From the IMG/VR virus record IMGVR_UViG_3300017598_000874: 41,872 nucleotides of DNA. The stretch is one strand, 5' to 3'. The DNA is from a virus. Positions 22,447-32,133 of this stretch are shown here, in pieces. Under the pieces are notes generated by a model that was not told the origin of the DNA, did not search any database, and saw nothing but the letters and a program-made list of their open reading frames with translations. Position 1 is the first letter of the stretch. The number at the start of each line of letters is the position of its first letter. The translations under genes were made by a program, and so were the position numbers.

Positions 22447-22920
22447 TTATGCAAAAAATTCTGAAATACGAGTACCCGAATTTAACAAACTGCCAAATGC
22501 CCCGATTCCTCCCGCTATACGAGAACGTCCAGCCTGTTGCTTCTGAAACTTTCCCTGTATTCTGGACTGGGCGGCCTGAAACCTCCCTCTAAGCCTCACG
22601 TTGATAGCATCCAGTTCATAGGCCTCAATAGTGTCTGCCATGACCTCAAGGGGCGTTCCGGACATCCTAACCCCCGCCTTGGCGTAACGAGTGCGCTGCG
22701 TGCCTATTAAGGCCCTCCCCTGTCGTCGTATATACTTAGCCTGCTCATCAGCATTCATTATGCTGATCTGAGCATCTATCCTGCTTTGCCGGGCATTAAA
22801 ATCACCAAGATCGCCCTGAAACTGACCTTGCTGATATTGCCCAAAGGCGGAAAAAAGCCCCCCTGTGGCAGTCAGTCCGGAACCCCATTTCTGATAACTT
22901 GTTGCATTTTCAAACATCAA
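22447..22920 (-). CDS. small internal virion protein (gp13/14-position)
   Basis: ATGA overlap with the nozzle gene. Gln/Gly/Arg-rich 157 aa. Confidence 0.5.
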   Translation of the reverse strand: MMFENATSYQKWGSGLTATGGLFSAFGQYQQGQFQGDLGDFNARQSRIDAQISIMNADEQAKYIRRQGRALIGTQRTRYAKAGVRMSGTPLEVMADTIEAYELDAINVRLRGRFQAAQSRIQGKFQKQQAGRSRIAGGIGAFGSLLNSGTRISEFFA

Positions 22921-25526
22921 TCCATCCCCGTTGCATCTAAATACAGACTGATAGAAAGAAGTTCAAGCGGTACAGGTTTGTCACTAACTATCCAAAATTC
23001 CGGCGAACGCGTAGTCGGAGCAATAGAGTTTAAGTCTTCAAAATAATCTCCATCCAGCCACGGTTCTGTAAGAGTAACCTCCTGAGTCCACAAACTGTTT
23101 GTATCGACTCCGTATTTAAATGTCCCTGAATTATTTACTTTATAAACTACTTTTTTAAGTGTCTTGGGATAAGAATAAGTAAATGAATCATTTCCGATAA
23201 CTTCAATGTGCATTGGACTTACCCGTGCAGTAAACGGCAGTCCGGCAATAACTCTTGAGTTCGTAGTGGAAAGGGTTATTACCCCGTTAGTGGAAACCGT
23301 TACATTTGTGTGTACTGTCCCGTCAGCCAAAACCGACACATCCTGTCCGGATAAATGCGTCAGGTTGGAAAAAGTGGATTTTGCCGCTCCATCATAATCA
23401 AGTCCGCTATCTACAAACCACGCATCCTCATCATCACTTCCCCAATCTAAGGGAGTAAACCATTCTATGAACCGCCCGTTTATGCGATTCACAACTAAAT
23501 ATACCCGATCTTCCCCTGAAGAGGGAATTACTGCTGCGCTCTCAAAATCTCCATCTGTAGTATGTCGATGCCATCCGTAAACATTTTGCTCTTTGTTATA
23601 GGTCAGCCCCGCTAATATCCCATCATCGCGAACAAACCAAATAATCGGCTGTGGCTGCTGCTGTTCAGCATATTGTATAATTCCAGACTCAGTAATATGC
23701 TCTGCAAGAAGCGTAGTATCATTAGACTTATATTTGTCAGCTTCTAAACTAAACTCAAATTCACGAACCTTCCGTCCCTGTCGCTGAACATAAATTACAT
23801 TTTCAGCAGCAAGTAAAGCCCCAAGCCCATCCTGAGAACCATAAGAGCTTTGTCGCCGGGCTTTAACTGTTTTGAAATTCAATGGAGTCGCATCGTCCCC
23901 TCCGGAAATAATCCATTCACTGCCAAGAGTCCCGATATAAAGCTGATCACGTCCGATCATCCATAAAACTACATTGTCGGAATTGATTTCAAACTGTAAT
24001 CCATCATCATCATTTAAACCCAACTCAAAATCATCATAAAGATCAGTTTTTGATCCCCAAATAGTATTTACTTCATACTCAGTATTCCCAAGCATCAATC
24101 GGTTTTCGTAAAACTCACAAGAACGGGGATGTCCCCGCTCGTCAGAAAATGCCGCTTCAGACCATTTTGCTGTTTCATTTGTGGATACAATCCCATGAAC
24201 AGAGTCTACTGTCCCTGTCACAACCGTCGAGGAAGCGAAACCGGTTATTTCCACTAAACCGTTATGCCAAGGCTCATGAACAGTAAAAGTTAAAACACAA
24301 TAATTATCATGAGATGGAGTTTCTTCATCAAAACGAACCCGATAAAAAACATCATTTTCCGTTTCCGTTCCTGATCTTTCATAACTTTTATACAAGTCTG
24401 AATCTTTATCGTTAAAATATTGACGAAGAACCGCCCATGATTCTCCATCATCATCAGATACTTCTAAGTAAGCCACTCCTGTCCATTTTTGTCTGCCGGA
24501 AACAACAAACTCCCAATCTCCTTTTACTGAAATAGAATCACTCGTAAAATCATTTTTACCTTCAATATAAAGCACATTGTTTGTTCTGGGATGAGAAATC
24601 TCCCACACAGACCCAATATGATCTTCTGTAAAGATTTCTTCAGAAGATGTAATGATTACCCCTCCGGCAAACTCATTCAAAAGTCCGAAAATCACACCAT
24701 TTGTCTTGGTAGAAAAAGTTACGCTTGTTCCTGTCCATCCGGTTGCTTCGTCTGGAAAATCCGTATCATCTGTAGAATACTGCAATTCTCCATCTCCGGG
24801 CCATTCATAGATTTGCCATTTATCATTATTCCACCGAACGCTATATCCAGATTTCTCATAGCGGGGCTTTCCATTCTGCATGTGGTCATATTCATACAAT
24901 CCATCTGCTCCCGAATCATCACAATCGAGTGTAAAATAATATAAAGAACCAAAAGGCGCTACTTGCAAAGTATGATCACTGTCATCATTTTCCTTTAAAA
25001 GCGGAGGATAGTCCCACTCAACCTTCTCCATTATAAATGTGGGATCAGTAGTTTCTCTGGTCAGTTTATAAACAGGATAATCAGGATGGGTAAAATACAT
25101 TTCATTTGCAAATTGTGCTGTTTGAAAAGTAAATACATCATTACTTGAATAAGGAGTAACAACCTCAACTGGAACAGAACTGGTTTGAATCTGAACTCCA
25201 TCCGCATAAAATCTGATATATTCATGGCCGGCCTCAAGAATGTATGACTGATCAACTCCTATACTCATAGAAATCAGCCGTGCCACACCACTGTTCTTTG
25301 TTTCGGCTATATATTGCGTTCCGCTTCGTTTTTGCACCCCTCCATAAGGAAGGCAAATCATATTCTCTAATCGCCTGCACCCGCTTTTATATTTTTTAAA
25401 GTCAATGCGGGCATTAATATGCGGAGAAAGCTCGCCGCCATTAAATGTATTTAAGACAACAAGCTCGGATTGTGCAACAAACACCCCGAATGCCGCGCCA
25501 AGCAAAATGGCAACATAAGATTTCAT
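22917..25526 (-). CDS. tail tubular protein B / nozzle-like protein with hydrophobic N-terminal extension
   Basis: LNTFNGGELSPHINARIDFKKYKSGCRRLENMICLPYGGVQKRSGT parallels the T7 gp12 N-terminus (IKNLKGGISQQPDILRYPDQG...GLQKRPP, from memory). 869 aa. TAATG coupling fixes the start, so MKSYVAILLGAAFGVFVAQS is translated. Confidence 0.65.
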   Translation of the reverse strand: MKSYVAILLGAAFGVFVAQSELVVLNTFNGGELSPHINARIDFKKYKSGCRRLENMICLPYGGVQKRSGTQYIAETKNSGVARLISMSIGVDQSYILEAGHEYIRFYADGVQIQTSSVPVEVVTPYSSNDVFTFQTAQFANEMYFTHPDYPVYKLTRETTDPTFIMEKVEWDYPPLLKENDDSDHTLQVAPFGSLYYFTLDCDDSGADGLYEYDHMQNGKPRYEKSGYSVRWNNDKWQIYEWPGDGELQYSTDDTDFPDEATGWTGTSVTFSTKTNGVIFGLLNEFAGGVIITSSEEIFTEDHIGSVWEISHPRTNNVLYIEGKNDFTSDSISVKGDWEFVVSGRQKWTGVAYLEVSDDDGESWAVLRQYFNDKDSDLYKSYERSGTETENDVFYRVRFDEETPSHDNYCVLTFTVHEPWHNGLVEITGFASSTVVTGTVDSVHGIVSTNETAKWSEAAFSDERGHPRSCEFYENRLMLGNTEYEVNTIWGSKTDLYDDFELGLNDDDGLQFEINSDNVVLWMIGRDQLYIGTLGSEWIISGGDDATPLNFKTVKARRQSSYGSQDGLGALLAAENVIYVQRQGRKVREFEFSLEADKYKSNDTTLLAEHITESGIIQYAEQQQPQPIIWFVRDDGILAGLTYNKEQNVYGWHRHTTDGDFESAAVIPSSGEDRVYLVVNRINGRFIEWFTPLDWGSDDEDAWFVDSGLDYDGAAKSTFSNLTHLSGQDVSVLADGTVHTNVTVSTNGVITLSTTNSRVIAGLPFTARVSPMHIEVIGNDSFTYSYPKTLKKVVYKVNNSGTFKYGVDTNSLWTQEVTLTEPWLDGDYFEDLNSIAPTTRSPEFWIVSDKPVPLELLSISLYLDATGMD

Positions 25527-25864
25527 TACAGATAGCGTTCAATTAAATGCTTAATCCTATCATATTCTTCCGGAATCTCATTTTTATGTAATTTTACCAT
25601 TCTCAAAAAATTACGGTCTTTATCGCCAATCAATCCGCGAGCATCACGAAGCTCTTTGACAGAAACCTTTTTGACAGAAACCTTTTTAACTTCCTTCGGT
25701 TTTGTTTGTTTAGATTTTGTCTCAATAACCGGATCAGAAACCGACAACCCCAATTCTACCACCTGTACATCTGTAAGAATGTCCATATGATGGTCGTTTC
25801 CTGTTTTGTCTGCAATTTCCCGCCACGGAATATCAAGTAATTTCGATGCTTCATGTATTCTCAT
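25526..25864 (-). CDS. hypothetical protein with HTH-like N-terminus
   Basis: IHEASKLLDIPWREIADKTG looks like a helix-turn-helix. KKVSVKKVSV arises from a 15-bp tandem duplication (25661-25690). Confidence 0.5.
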   Translation of the reverse strand: MRIHEASKLLDIPWREIADKTGNDHHMDILTDVQVVELGLSVSDPVIETKSKQTKPKEVKKVSVKKVSVKELRDARGLIGDKDRNFLRMVKLHKNEIPEEYDRIKHLIERYL

Positions 25865-25865
25865 T

Positions 25866-26483
25866 CTATCCTCCTACCCCTGAACGGGCGTTTTCCCATT
25901 GGTTGTTTTCTACAAAGCCTTCTTTGTCTTCCATCGTATCCTGCTGTTTGGCATTTGGAAGAATATATTCAATATAGCTCTTAAAGAGGATATTATAAAG
26001 CTCAAGGTCTTTCTTAATGGCAGTAGATAGATTGATCGCCAGCCGATATGAAATCAGATCAGAAAGTAAAATATCAAATTCGCTGTAATCAGTTGGCAAA
26101 GCAATATATTCAAGAAAAATGTCTTCTGCATCAGTATGAAGCTTGCCGTTAATAATTTTCCAGCGATCAGCGGGAATGTAATAACCCGAATCATTCCGAA
26201 GACGGATTACTTTTATATAATCATCAGGAAGAGTCAGCGCATAAGTAAAATGTAAATCAGATGAAGCCCCGTCGCCATCATCATAATCATGAAGTTTTGT
26301 TGCGCAATTCCAGTCATGATCACGCAGAACAATTTTTGCAGCAGGTTCAATCAGTTCGAGAGCCGCAACCGCATTAGGAGTAGATCCTGCATCAAGTTGT
26401 GCCTGTGTTACGGTTTGAGTTCCGGCAAGAGCAAGCGCACGGTTAATAGTTTGAAGTTTAGTTAGTCCGTTTGTTAATGCCAT
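25866..26483 (-). CDS. tail tubular protein A / adaptor (gp11-like)
   Basis: LQTINRALALAGTQTVTQAQLDAGSTPNAVAA...IVLRDHDWNCATK parallels T7 gp11 ([41 protein letters not shown], from memory). 205 aa versus 196 aa. Confidence 0.7.
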   Translation of the reverse strand: MALTNGLTKLQTINRALALAGTQTVTQAQLDAGSTPNAVAALELIEPAAKIVLRDHDWNCATKLHDYDDGDGASSDLHFTYALTLPDDYIKVIRLRNDSGYYIPADRWKIINGKLHTDAEDIFLEYIALPTDYSEFDILLSDLISYRLAINLSTAIKKDLELYNILFKSYIEYILPNAKQQDTMEDKEGFVENNQWENARSGVGG

Positions 26484-26494
26484 AGCCCCGCCCT

Positions 26495-26532
26495 CTTAAA
26501 AATGAAGGGGCGGGAGACAATCTCCTCGCCCC
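26495..26532 (-). terminator. intrinsic terminator after the capsid / 178-aa gene pair
   Basis: Minus strand GGGGCGaGGAGA-ttg-TCTCCCGCCCC (11 bp with one bulged A), followed by TTCATTTTT. Confidence 0.75.
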
Positions 26533-26542
26533 GCAGTTCGAG

Positions 26543-27079
26543 CTATTTAATGTACATAACCCATCCGCTAATAACCTTGGCGGCTACCCATACAGGATCG
26601 CCGGCCGCAGCAGAAACAGCAAGATACACCTTTTTATCAAAAGAGGCATATGTTGCATTGGCTTCGCCGATACCACCTGCGGCTCCACCGGTATCCCAAC
26701 CTGAATCATTCGGATTGGCTACACCGTCAAGAAACAGGTCTATATCATCAGCGGTAGAATCCGCGTCATTAATATAGCCGTTACCATCAGCTCCGATCAA
26801 TCCAAGATCAAGAACCTCTGAACCACCCATATCCGTAGATTTAATTGCTCCGCCAATAATCCTCACACTAGCAGGGATTTCAACAAGAGCAACTGTACCA
26901 TTGGTCAGGGCCGTAGTAGTATGTGTGAAATATTTCACAACCACTTTACCCGCCTCAGTCTGAGCGATGCTGTCGCCAGCGCGAAGCAAGTCGAGTTGGT
27001 CTGAATAATCAGAAGGCGTTACAGCAGAAGCCATAAACACCATTCCAAACACAGCCAGTAATGTAATCCATTTCTTCAT
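26543..27079 (-). CDS. secretory-leader protein downstream of the capsid gene (decoration-like body)
   Basis: MKKWITLLAVFGMVFMASA is a classical Sec-type leader. There is no internal Met before residue about 83, so the leader is part of the product. Confidence 0.55.
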   Translation of the reverse strand: MKKWITLLAVFGMVFMASAVTPSDYSDQLDLLRAGDSIAQTEAGKVVVKYFTHTTTALTNGTVALVEIPASVRIIGGAIKSTDMGGSEVLDLGLIGADGNGYINDADSTADDIDLFLDGVANPNDSGWDTGGAAGGIGEANATYASFDKKVYLAVSAAAGDPVWVAAKVISGWVMYIK

Positions 27080-27110
27080 AATTTTTCTCCAGTTATTGAA
27101 TTCAAGTTAA

Positions 27111-28085
27111 TTACGGAGTCTGATCAGAAAGAATACCGATCACGCCGCCCTGTGCAATCATGCGAGTTACACCAATCTGAATCCGACTGTAAACATGCGG
27201 ATCGTAATGATTCTTCTGCAACTCATCCGAACGGACAAACGGCGATTCCCACTGTGCATAAGCCATTCCGCTTTTAACAAGCATTGCACACATGCGAATA
27301 TCGTTAGCTCCGGCATCGTCTGCTGCAAACCCCTCTTTCGACCATGATTCATTGATCCCGGTCGCGGCATCATTGGCATACGGACAGGCTTCATCGACAA
27401 CGATCTGCTTGATACCAAGGAGTCCCTTCGGCATATCAAGTCCTGCAAGAGCCGCGCTGGTCTGATAATCCAGACTGGTCAGCTTTTCCTGCAACTTCAT
27501 GTCTGCTTCCACTTTCGGTGAAACAACAAGAGTCAGCTCGTTGCGCGGATCATTCGGATCAATTCCACGGCTTTTTGCCAACCGGATTGCTTCCACAATC
27601 TTATTGATATTCATACCGGTAGAACCAGAGCCGCCAAAAGCCGCCGCAACCACATCGGTTGAAGCCGCATTAAAGGACTCGCTTGTGCCACCGGCCTTTC
27701 CAGTGTAGGCCGTACCAAACGCGGCGGCCATAACCTGCTGGGCACACTTGCGCCCAAGCGCATACTGAATCTGCATAGACAGATCAGAACGCGGATCAAC
27801 CAATGATTCAACAGCATCTTTACTATCAAGTTGAGTAGCAAGATAGTGGAACTGCGGAACAACACGCCGACGAGAAAACTCGCCGTAATCAATATCATGC
27901 TCACCATAGCGAACACGACCGGTATTTGCGGTCATTGCCTGAATCTGATTAAAATACGCTTCTTCACCCTTTTTCTGTCCTTTATTGGTCAGATAAGGAA
28001 GGAGCGTCATTTTTGATTGAGGCAGCTCTTGAAGAGTCGCCTCAAATGCCTTTGTAGGCATTACTTCATAAAAGGTATTACCCAT
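27111..28085 (-). CDS. major capsid protein (T7 gp10-like, HK97 fold)
   Basis: Follows the scaffold gene after a 170-nt leader. LDSKDAVESLVDPRSDLSMQIQYALGRKCAQQVMAAAFG parallels T7 gp10 YDIEDAMNHYDVRSEYTSQLGESLAMAADGAVLAEIAG (from memory). Confidence 0.85.
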   Translation of the reverse strand: MGNTFYEVMPTKAFEATLQELPQSKMTLLPYLTNKGQKKGEEAYFNQIQAMTANTGRVRYGEHDIDYGEFSRRRVVPQFHYLATQLDSKDAVESLVDPRSDLSMQIQYALGRKCAQQVMAAAFGTAYTGKAGGTSESFNAASTDVVAAAFGGSGSTGMNINKIVEAIRLAKSRGIDPNDPRNELTLVVSPKVEADMKLQEKLTSLDYQTSAALAGLDMPKGLLGIKQIVVDEACPYANDAATGINESWSKEGFAADDAGANDIRMCAMLVKSGMAYAQWESPFVRSDELQKNHYDPHVYSRIQIGVTRMIAQGGVIGILSDQTP

Positions 28086-28230
28086 TGTTTTTCTCCAGTT
28101 AAGTTTTACTTACCATTCGGTAAGATTGTCCCTCAACCGGAGGGGTCCTGCCTGCATTTTAAGTCTGCTTGACCGACCCTTCAAACAAGGCTCTTACGAG
28201 TTATCTTAATTGAACGAAATCTAAATAAAG

Positions 28231-28259
28231 AAATACCCAAAACCGTTTGCAAATGTCAA
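28231..28259 (-). promoter_or_regulatory. candidate internal promoter for the capsid gene (TTGACA-17-GTATTT)
   Basis: Minus strand gcTTGACAtttgcaaacggttttggGTATTTc. Overlaps the scaffold stop. Confidence 0.4.
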
Positions 28260-29086
28260 GCGTTTTTTTGCTCAAGCTCAAATTGCTGCTTCAAAAGTCT
28301 CGTCATTTTTTGAACAGCAAGTGCATGTTTCGGGCCATCCTGACGAAACTCATCAGTGGCGCGAAGCTCATCAATCTGCACCTGCAAGCCCTGCGTGCTG
28401 TTCAAACGAGACTCTTTTAGAGTAGTTGAATCGCTTGTTACTTCCGCAAGTTTATGAAGAACCTCCATTGCAGTCGTAGTTTCATCCCATCCGAATTTCC
28501 CCATAACCTCTTTTTGAGTCGCTACAAGTTTTTCAGGGGCAAGACCGACTTTAGCAGCAACCTCTTTCAGTGCCTGCTCCTGCGCAGCCTGCGCCTCTGT
28601 TGCATTTTCAAGCTGACGAATGATGTCAGCTTCGGCAAAACGATCAAACGCTCTATCATAAGCACCCACAATATCATTCGGAGTTTTGGAAAGTTCTTCT
28701 CTGAATAACGTCAAAGACGATTCACGAAAACCGTTAAATTCCTCCATAGATGCTTTGGCGTGATCTCCAAGCCGTTCTGTTAGCTCGGGAGAAAATTCAA
28801 CTCCGCTTTTATCGGGGTCTCCACCAATTACTTTTTCAAGATATGCGGCCTTCTGCTCATCTGAGGCATCTGCGGCGGGAATATCACCCTTTTTGCCCGT
28901 CATTTCCACCATAGAAAAAATGGAGTTGGCAAGCCCTTTATCATCAGTAAATGTGTTAAGCCATTTCTGTTTATCTTCAGGAGCCCCGTTTTTTAACGAA
29001 TCCAGCATAGACGGACTCGATGCGGCTTCCTGCGTGGTGTCACTTTCGGACGCGGGACTTTCTTTCGTTACAGCTTCTTCATTCAT
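28256..29086 (-). CDS. scaffolding protein
   Basis: Acidic, helical, 276 aa, between the portal and capsid genes. Confidence 0.7.
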   Translation of the reverse strand: MNEEAVTKESPASESDTTQEAASSPSMLDSLKNGAPEDKQKWLNTFTDDKGLANSIFSMVEMTGKKGDIPAADASDEQKAAYLEKVIGGDPDKSGVEFSPELTERLGDHAKASMEEFNGFRESSLTLFREELSKTPNDIVGAYDRAFDRFAEADIIRQLENATEAQAAQEQALKEVAAKVGLAPEKLVATQKEVMGKFGWDETTTAMEVLHKLAEVTSDSTTLKESRLNSTQGLQVQIDELRATDEFRQDGPKHALAVQKMTRLLKQQFELEQKNA

Positions 29087-29393
29087 TATCCTCTCCTTCT
29101 TTTAGTTCTGCTTCTGTTGCCTTTACTAAATTTCTTAGCATTTGAGAGTACGCCCTCGCACCCTCTTTAGCAGCAATCCATTCCTTTGCATTAGCCTGAT
29201 AAATCATGGAAACGCTCTCTTTACCCACCATAGTATTAGTACGTAAATCTGAAAAAATAGATGTGTGAAGTTCAAACCACGCATCTACATCATCAAGCGT
29301 TTTTAGAGCATCCTCATTATCAAGAAAGCGGGTATAGCGAGAAAGCCGTTCGCCAAGTCCGGCTTTTATTTCTTCAGGAGTTGTTTCTTTCAT
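29079..29393 (-). CDS. hypothetical protein
   Basis: Overlaps both neighbours (translational coupling). Confidence 0.5.
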   Translation of the reverse strand: MKETTPEEIKAGLGERLSRYTRFLDNEDALKTLDDVDAWFELHTSIFSDLRTNTMVGKESVSMIYQANAKEWIAAKEGARAYSQMLRNLVKATEAELKEGEDNE

Positions 29394-31063
29394 AATTGTC
29401 CATCAAGGGCGCGCTGGGTTAAAGAACCTTGGCCGGGCGTACCGCCACCCTTACTTGCGGCATCTGCCAACCTGACTGCATTTTCCATCTCAGCCTGCCG
29501 CGCCGCCGATGCTTTATAGTCATTTACAATCTTCTTCACATCAGTCCTCTTGCGAAGCATTTCCATTGGCGCGTTTGTTCCTTCAAAAATTTCTTTCGGC
29601 AATTTTATCGTATCAATAGAAGCCATTAACTCTACCTGCATTTCAGGAGCAGGCAATCCCTGTGAAAACTCTACCAGGAATCCAAGAGCCTCGCGTTCCG
29701 CCAAAAGCCGAATACGTTTCTGTGCATTGGATAAACGGGATTTATACCGTATTTTCAACCGTCCGCCAAATTGTTCAAGAAGCTCGTCCTTAGAACCGAA
29801 ATCTTCGAATTTCCCAGCTTCCGCCAACTGATAGAACCGCATTTGAAGAAGTTTATTCAGAAGGTCGTTTTCAAGAGGGGTTACAATCTGTGAAACCATC
29901 TGATGTGATTTCTGCACCCGCTCCCTCATTTCCGAAGCTGTCATATTCCGGCGATCTTGAAGCGGATTAAAATAGTCGAGGAAGAAAAGCTGGCGCATGG
30001 TATCAGACAGATATTTTATCCACGACTCTCCATCTTCCACTTTGGCCTGAGAAATAATCTGATGAGGAGGATGCCCGGAAATCCCCACATCTTTATAAAG
30101 CAGGATTCGGAAATACGCATCTTTTTCATCAATTATTTTATAAGCGTTTTGTCCCTGCGATGCAGGAACCCCAAGGAAGGGAACGGTATTAATCGTTACC
30201 GCCCTGCGAATGGCTTTCATGCCCTCTTCAATCTCGGCCATTGTGCAAACAGCATCAATACACGGCCCGCGCCCCAACGACTCGGTACGGCTTCGACGAA
30301 CAGCGTAAACAGCAAATTTCTGGTAATCAGAACCTCCCTTCTCAAGCAGGTGGGCTTCATCGCCCATTTCATAGGTCAACACCACATACTTTTTATTATC
30401 AATATCCTTTTTAAGGGCATCCCGTTCTTCACGTTTGGCGCAATAACAGATAATATCAATATCTTGATCGGGATTCTCTTCAAATTTATTTTTGCAGTTT
30501 TCGGAGACATTCTTCAGTCCAAACCGCTCAACTAACGCACCTGCCGTGGTAGTCTTTTTAATCCAGACCGTATCTGCTTCTCCGTAATAGTCCCTCGCAA
30601 ACCAAAAATTACCAAAGGGAACCGCGCTGTCTCTGATTTTCTCTTCACCTGTATAACGCTCGGAATACTGACATACCGTTCCGTCCTCACAGGAAGAGGC
30701 CACCGCCAAAGCAAATTCACTCACAAAATTGGAATGATTGATGGAGTCCATCGTAAGTTCAGTCAGTTTACCGAGAATATCATACTCATCTTGCGTGGCA
30801 TCATTGACATAATATTCAAACCACTGATCACCGGATGTAATCATTTCCGAGACAATACCTGCCGTATAATCGTTTTTAAAAAGCGTTCCAATATCAGCTA
30901 TACGTCTCTTATGAAGCTTTGCGCCTTTTTGCGCCTGTATTCTCAACGTCGCGGCATCAGGATTAAAAAGTTCACGTACACTCTGAATTAAGGTCGTGAA
31001 AGTCTGCCACTCGTCAGATGTGTCTATCTTTACCCTGCGTTTTTCAATCGCTTGTACATCCAT
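29390..31063 (-). CDS. portal (head-tail connector) protein
   Basis: 557 aa, between the terminase and scaffold genes. Size is close to T7 gp8 (536 aa). Confidence 0.75.
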   Translation of the reverse strand: MDVQAIEKRRVKIDTSDEWQTFTTLIQSVRELFNPDAATLRIQAQKGAKLHKRRIADIGTLFKNDYTAGIVSEMITSGDQWFEYYVNDATQDEYDILGKLTELTMDSINHSNFVSEFALAVASSCEDGTVCQYSERYTGEEKIRDSAVPFGNFWFARDYYGEADTVWIKKTTTAGALVERFGLKNVSENCKNKFEENPDQDIDIICYCAKREERDALKKDIDNKKYVVLTYEMGDEAHLLEKGGSDYQKFAVYAVRRSRTESLGRGPCIDAVCTMAEIEEGMKAIRRAVTINTVPFLGVPASQGQNAYKIIDEKDAYFRILLYKDVGISGHPPHQIISQAKVEDGESWIKYLSDTMRQLFFLDYFNPLQDRRNMTASEMRERVQKSHQMVSQIVTPLENDLLNKLLQMRFYQLAEAGKFEDFGSKDELLEQFGGRLKIRYKSRLSNAQKRIRLLAEREALGFLVEFSQGLPAPEMQVELMASIDTIKLPKEIFEGTNAPMEMLRKRTDVKKIVNDYKASAARQAEMENAVRLADAASKGGGTPGQGSLTQRALDGQL

Positions 31064-31067
31064 GATA

Positions 31068-31691
31068 TTATCCTAGAGTTTGTCTGCCGCCGCCAAGAGC
31101 ACCGACCCCGCGCTTTCCAAGAGCTTTATGCCGCCGCGTCTTCCCGCGAGATAATGCACCCGCCCTGATTCCCTCGGCCCCTTTTGAAACCATAGCGGGC
31201 GTTGCAAGCTTTGGCATTTTGGCTTTTGGAGTAAGTGCTTTTGATGCTCCCGCTAAAGCAGCAGAGGTCGCTGCTTTAGCGAGACCTTTTTTAGCAGCGG
31301 TTTTTACCCCCGCTTTCAGCGCGGCTTTTGGAAGAGTTTTTGCAATCGCCTGTTTAGCAGCGGCTTTCCCAACCCCCTTGGTCGTGGCAACCGCTCCTTT
31401 TTCAAGCATGGCAGAGGCTCCCATTTCTTTTAGCCCTCCCGCAGCAGACTGCGCCAATGATCCGGACCCGGCTTTTACTCCCTCAAAAGCAGCGCCCGCT
31501 GTCGCCTGCAATGCACCTGCGCCAACCTGAGCCAGCCCCGATCCAATCGTTCCTATACTGCCGGACGCAATCCCGCTTCCAATCGTACCGACTCCCGCAC
31601 CCATCGTTCCTACACCGGCAGCCATTGTAGAACCTATTGTTGCCATAGTACTCCATGCCGCACCCAAAACCGCACTTGTTATAGCCGCCAT
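31068..31691 (-). CDS. Ala/Gly-rich glycine-zipper N-half + Lys/Ala-rich H1-like C-half protein
   Basis: N-half GAAWSTMATIGSTMAAGVGTMGAGVGTIGSGIASGSIGTIGSG. C-half KGVGKAAAKQAIAKTLPKAALKAGVKTAAKKGLAKAA. Confidence 0.55.
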   Translation of the reverse strand: MAAITSAVLGAAWSTMATIGSTMAAGVGTMGAGVGTIGSGIASGSIGTIGSGLAQVGAGALQATAGAAFEGVKAGSGSLAQSAAGGLKEMGASAMLEKGAVATTKGVGKAAAKQAIAKTLPKAALKAGVKTAAKKGLAKAATSAALAGASKALTPKAKMPKLATPAMVSKGAEGIRAGALSRGKTRRHKALGKRGVGALGGGRQTLG

Positions 31692-31693
31692 AA

Positions 31694-32074
31694 TTATTCT
31701 CCAAGAATTAACGTTGCTTCCCGAATTTCATCGCCCAAAATAAATCCATTGTGTTCGTAAATCTTCGGCAGTCCAGAACCATAAACATTGCCCTGCAATG
31801 CAAGTATATCGTACTGTTCAGCCATTTTTATCAGTTCTTTTAAAACCATGTCCACTGCTTTATAACTTTCAACCGGCGAGTTTTCAGGATTCGCTACCAC
31901 CCACTCAATCATTCCATACGGCACGCCAACAGCCCTGTACAAAAATCCCGCCGCCCTGCCTTCTACTGTCACACCTTCGGGAAGCGCAGGCAGCGGAACA
32001 GGACTCCAGCCATGTTTCCGCCACCAGACACAGAGCATTTCATAATCAACCGGCAGAAAGGGGCGACAGTTCAT
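31694..32074 (-). CDS. small GNAT-like protein (tentative)
   Basis: 126 aa with a general acetyltransferase-like layout (..WRKHGW.....IEWVVANP....KIYEHNGF). No clear Q/RxxGxG motif. Confidence 0.4.
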   Translation of the reverse strand: MNCRPFLPVDYEMLCVWWRKHGWSPVPLPALPEGVTVEGRAAGFLYRAVGVPYGMIEWVVANPENSPVESYKAVDMVLKELIKMAEQYDILALQGNVYGSGLPKIYEHNGFILGDEIREATLILGE

Positions 32075-32133
32075 AGGTGCTTATTTATACTCCATCTAAA
32101 TAACAGTCAAGCGATTTATTTTTTTCAAGCTCC

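Larger units (their letters stand above)
32..26495 (-). other. placeholder removed
   Basis: Ignore this entry. The coordinates are not valid. See the terminator entry at 26495-26532. Confidence 0.

Noticed and set aside
31219-31530. 103-aa Ala-rich plus-strand ORF.
   Set aside because: It is a mirror of the Ala/Gly/Lys-rich minus-strand gene (GCN-rich codons read on both strands). The minus-strand frame is the one flanked by coupled neighbours.
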